The notes beneath the pieces were generated by a model. That model did not search any database. It was not told the DNA's origin and worked only from the letters and a program-made list of their open reading frames with translations. Positions 58,608 through 64,000 of a DNA stretch of 64,000 bases are shown here, piece after piece; positions within the stretch are counted from its first letter, which is position 1, and every line of letters starts with the position of its first letter. A program made the translations under genes and the position numbers. The stretch comes from the human T2T-CHM13v2.0 reference genome, Homo sapiens: the NCBI RefSeq assembly GCF_009914755.1, contig NC_060929.1. The stretch is one strand, 5' to 3'.

Positions 58608-59784
58608 TCCTATGTTCTTATATTTAAGGTGTACCTCTTACAAAGCATATTGTTAGCTTTTTAAAATTCAGCTTTTAAATATCTGTCTTTAATGGGAGCA
58701 TTTGGTCCACTTAAAGCATTTGCTGATATAGATTTAAATCTTTCCATCTTATGATTTTCTATTCATTCCACCTATTTTATGTTCCTTCTTCTCTCTCCTT
58801 TTAATCAAATAATTTGTCATTCAGTTTTCACCCTCAATCTTGTTACTAAATCATTTTTAACTCTTTTTTTTAGAAATATGTATCCCTCAATTAACAGAAC
58901 CTAATTAGGACCCTTTCAACTTCAGATAATGCAACATACTTTAAACATTTCACTCTCTCTCTTTGTATTTTTGCACTATTTTTGTCATAAATTTTAATTC
59001 TATGTATATTTTAAAGTCAACAAATACTGTTATTGTTGTTTTCCTACAACCAATATCCATTTACAGTTAGCCTGATATTTAATTTCCATTGTTCTTTACT
59101 TTTCTGCATTTCAAAGCTTTCATTTGGGATCATTCTTCTTCTGCCTGAAGAACCCAGGTATTTCTTTTGCTTCAGATTTGCCATGACAAATTCTGCCAAT
59201 TTTTGTCAGTCTGAAGTCTTTCATTTGTAAATAATGCTTTTACTGGGTAACAAAATTTTAGTTCAGCAATCGTTTTCTTTAGTACTTTAGGGATGCTATT
59301 TTACTGTCTTACAAATTTCTTTATTTTTGTTAAAAAGTCATCTGTCAGTCTTATCATTGCTCCTTTGAAGGCAATGTATCTGTCCACCCCTGCCTGCAAC
59401 AGCTTTTAAGGTTTTTCTTTGCTTTTTGTCAATTTTGCTGTGATGCATCTAGGTAGGCTTACTTTGTATTTATCCTGCTTGCAGTTCATAGATATTTTTG
59501 AATCTATGAAGTGATATCTTTTTTACTTTTGGAAAATTCTTAGCCAGTATCTCTTTAAATATTGCTTTCTCCCCATTCTTTCTCCAATTACACATAAGAT
59601 AGTCTCAAAATATACCACTTCTCTAATACATTTCTTCATCATATCACCTATTTTCTAGAGTATAATAATGGTAGTATTTCAAACTTCTTGTCTGATATTC
59701 CAAAATCTGAATTACACTTGTTGATTAATTTGTAATGAGCACAAGACATAAACAGGCACTCCACAGATGAAGAAATGTAAGTGG

Positions 59785-59955
59785 CGTGGCAAAACCCTGT
59801 CTTTACAAAAATTAGCCAGGCATGGTGACGTGCACCTGTAGTCCCAGATACTTGGGAGGCTGAGGTGGATGACCTGAGCCTAGGAGGTCGAGGCTGCAGT
59901 GAACTGTGAATACACCACTGCCCTCCAACTTGGGTGACAGACCTTGTTTGAAAAG
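59785..59955 (+). mobile_element. FRAM/AluJ right-arm fragment
   Basis: aaaccctgtctttacaaaaattagccaggcatgg...gaggtcgaggctgcagtga. Confidence 0.8.
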
Positions 59956-62900
59956 CAAACGTAGGAAAAGATGCTCAAAGTTATTAGTAACTAGAGGAAT
60001 GAAAATGTAAGTAAGTCCCAATGTGACACTACTTGGGGCCAACCAAACTGAAAAATTTAAGACATCTGACAATAGCCAATTATTGGCAAAAATGTGAAGG
60101 ACAAGAACAATTATATGCTACTACTGGGAATTATAAATTAGTATAACCACTTTAAAGATAATTATGTAATATTTAGTGAAGCTGAAGAAATGAATGTCCC
60201 CTAGTACCAGAAATTCTCTTTTTAGCTATAAATACTACTGAAACTCTTACAGGTACTAACACATTCAGTGTTCTCTTATCCTGGATAAAATTGTGCAATA
60301 TTTATAGAGAATGACTCTATGTATATAAAGGTTCAAAACATACAAAACTAAGCAATGTTGTTTGCAAAAAGACTTTTAATATATCTTATGTTACAAAATT
60401 ATGACAAAAAGCAAAGGAATAATAAATATCAAATTCAGGATAGTGGTTACCTCTGGAAAGAGAAGACACAGTTGAGAAAGGGACACAGAGGGCTTCCAAA
60501 GCATTCATCATAATGCTCTGTTTCTTAAACCAGGAGGCAGGTGGAAAGAGTAGAAGAACCTTCTTTGAAATGTATATTTCATTTTAAAGTTATTTAAAAA
60601 GAAAAACATATCTGGACAAAAATACACCAAACTGTCTTCTTTGGCTGAGGAGAGGATAAGATTGCTGGTGATCTGTAGTGTCTATGTTATATGGTGCTGC
60701 AAATTGGCTTTTTAAAAAATTTTTACAATGAGTAAATATGACTGCAAGCAGGAAATAAGTAATAAAAGTTGATTATTAGCTTTAGATTACTCTATAAAAG
60801 TAAGTTTTTGATAAATTTTAACATTTTCTAAAACGTAAGAAAATCCTTTAAATGCTTTGAATTTTTAATCAAGTATAGGGCATTAATAATAATCACACAC
60901 ACACACAAGTTAGAGGGTAGTGAAAGAAGTCCTCTCCAGTGCCAGGTGCTCTGGGTTAAAGGCTCCTCAATCAAGTGAGTATAATCTTTATTTTGCCTTG
61001 GCTGCCTATAAATCCAGAAAGGAGATGTAAACATACATACACTAGACTAAACAGCGGCTAAAAAGTGGCCACTACTTACTCTCCCACTCACACATACCAT
61101 GTAAGTCTGTGGGAAAAAACTTACAACTAAACTAAGGAACTCAAGTAAAGTTTTCTGAAAATAACCCAGAGCTGACAAGTCAGTAGGAGGGCCTGGATGG
61201 TTTCAAGACACAGTTTTTAACCAAGACTTGGACCTCCAACTGTTTTCTTAAACAAAGATTTACATCCCATGCTTGGCTAAATTACTTATAAATTAATCAA
61301 ATTAATTACTCAGAGTGGATAAGCAGGAGGCTGGACAAGATAGTGCTGATGTCAGCCAATGAAGTCTGTGTTGTTTTAACTAAATATATCAGCTCAGTTT
61401 TAAACAGATCTACTGTGCACAAATATGGTAAGGGACCCACAATCCTTCCCAAAACATTAATTCTCTTTCCTGTCCTGGGAACAAACATACCTACTCTGAA
61501 TATATCTGACATAAAAATGTTAAATTGTCTACAACAAACTCATACTTCATAACAATGCTTCATTTATTTTTTAAAAAGTAGGTTTTATTCTGCTTAATGA
61601 TATTCTAAGATGTCAAGAAACGTTTTTAAGTAAATATGCAAATATGTTGTTTAGAGCACAAGTAGGAAAGCAGACAACTTCACTTGAGTATTTGTAGACC
61701 AATGCAATTCAAGTATTTGTTTTGGTTTTAAAATATTTCTATAGTATATCTTGAAGAAGAAAAAAAGCAAACTAAATTACCTCTTACAAGTCTAACAAGT
61801 AGAACTTTTAACTTTGTCCCATGATATCAAACTTAAGGGTATCACTTCCTCGTTTTCTAAATCAGGACTCATTTTATGTTATGCTTATTTATATTTTACA
61901 GCTGTTGCCTTCCCAGTTACCAAAGAACAAAAAAGCTTACCACTGGTACGGTTGTGAATCAAAAGAAAAGATTTTTTTCTAAATAATTAGAAGGTTATAA
62001 AATAATTAGGTTATATTTTTAATTCACAAATAGACTATCCTGGGTCACCTTTGAGTAATGGAAATCTCTGTTTAAACATTCTTCTGGCAATGGGCACCAA
62101 GCATTAGGTCTTATTTCCAAGCTTTACCAGCTGGGTTTTGTCATTAACATTTATTAACAATCTAAGATATGGCTTTCACCATCTAATCCGTACTACACAA
62201 ATGTTTTGTATGGCCCTCCAGAGGGTTTTGATGTGACAAATTACTGGCAGAGATTACAGCCCCGTGGCTATTCACCAGAGGCAATGTAAAATTAACATGG
62301 TACTAATCCAATTTAAACAAGAAGTTGCACAAACAATCTTCTGAACAAAACCAGATAGACGATTCCAAAATTACATTCAAGCACAATAAATGTGTTTTTA
62401 ATAAAAAGTTTAAGGAAAAGAAATTGAGTAATTTTCACACACATGAAATGTGCCTATTTGATGAAGTTATTAATTTTAATCTTACTAAAACAGTCAGGGG
62501 CAGAGCACAATTCACTATGATAATCCCAAGGTCTATTACTTTTCTTCTTAAAGTGTTGCATCTCAGTGTAGTCTGCAGAACATCAATGATTCCTAGTGAC
62601 CTCAAAATGTGTTTACAGTGTTGCCTCTAAAGCAGAAAGTTTGTGGGATAAGGATTAAAATTGGTTTGCAATGAAAAAGCAATGAGCATCTCTGCACTCA
62701 AAGAACTTTTCTTTCATGGAGTATAAGTTTCAGAATTGAACCAGTAATTTAAAACTTTTTTTTTCCTTTTCTTTACAAAAGGTATCTGAATGTTTGTGAT
62801 ATTCTCCTTATTTGAATAAAATAGCTAAAATTACTTTGCAATGCTTTTTGGGCAAGAGGGTAGGAAATACAAAAGAAGAAGGTTAAATAGAAAATGGATT

Positions 62901-63589
62901 AAATGGAAAAAAGATCCAGCAGATAAGAAAAGTGTATGAGGATGCGTGTGTTAGGAAGGAGGGATTCTTGCAGTGGAGCCTTTCACACTGAATCTTCTTT
63001 TAAAGGAGACTACTTCAATACCCCAGTGTAAAACTAACCAAAAGTCAGGAATTTGGGGGATTCTATTCAGAACACTGTTTACTTATATTATTTTTTTGAA
63101 ACTACCTCAAATGGTGAAAAACTTAAAGAATGTAATCTATAATATACACATATGAACATGACAAAGTAAAAAGTTCTTGCATAGATACTTCTCAATAAAA
63201 AACATGTCAATTATAATGACATTGTTTCAATAATTAATGATTATTCAATTCTCCAGAGAAAATGCCCTAACCAATAGCTAACACTGTTCCCCTTTTCAGC
63301 TGATTTGGGTAATGTGTAATGACTGTTCACTGCTCAGCTTCTTCAATGGAAGCACTATTTTCCACTTCTTCCCCATCTACTCTCCAGTTAAAAACTTGAA
63401 ATGATTTCCTATCCAGTAGTGTTATTTGAATCATTTTCTCTTTGAGATATTTCTCCCTTAGCTTTGAGTGACAAATGTGGTGATAGCCCCCAGTGGTCCC
63501 TTTGTTTTTCTAATACTTGCTGACTTCATTTACATTTCTTACCACCCTGCTATATTCTAAGTATCAGTCCTCCTAGGTGAACAACTGCT

Positions 63590-63665
63590 ATATCCATAGC
63601 AGCCCATTGTGCAAGGTGCATAGCAGGCTCTCAATAAGCACTTGCTGAATGAATGAAAGAATGAA
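63590..63665 (+). mobile_element. L2 3' end fragment
   Basis: gcatagcaggctctcaataagcacttgctgaatgaatgaa. Confidence 0.65.
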
Positions 63666-64000
63666 GTAACTACAGATGTTTCTTCATCTCAATGTACTCA
63701 CATTCCTTTATACTCAAACTTGGGAAGTTTACCTACTGACACTCTTGCACATCTGTACATTTAGCCCTTACATACTTTTTGCTTCTGTACAGTTTTCTAC
63801 AGAACGTCTATCACTGCATAACAATATCCCCCAATTATGCACACTTAAGAATTCTGTCAGTCACAAAGCCCTCTAGTATTTGTTCTGTTCATCAATATCG
63901 AAAGCTACTGTCCAATTAGGTCCCCACTGACTGAACGCACCACCACCACAGAACAGCTTTATGGCTCATCTCTTTTTAGCAAGTTACTTACCATTTACTG

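Overview
This is primate (most likely human) genomic DNA, AT-rich and dominated by repeats. The only protein-coding content I can support is the last two coding exons of CEP120 on the minus strand (52143-52288 and 48718-48952), followed by a 3'UTR of about 1.6 kb. The preceding exon is not in the window, so 52289-64000 is intron. Most of the first 42 kb is a nested stack of LINE-1s: two near-full-length L1PA7/8-type copies, an ORF2-deleted L1, an L1PB and older L1M copies. Alus, ERV/MaLR solo LTRs (including an LTR12 with four CCAAT boxes), MIR/L2 and MER DNA transposons are interspersed. Nearly all ORF-track entries are L1 or Alu remnants or chance ORFs. I found no undescribed gene system. 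The most interesting signals are traces of genome dynamics: a 204-bp, 99%-identical tract shared by two otherwise diverged L1s that ends at a deletion (candidate ectopic gene conversion), several fold-back palindromes inside old L1s, an ORF1-only L1, a candidate 3' transduction and a twin-primed L1. Repeat subfamily names come from recalled consensus sequences and their boundaries are approximate.
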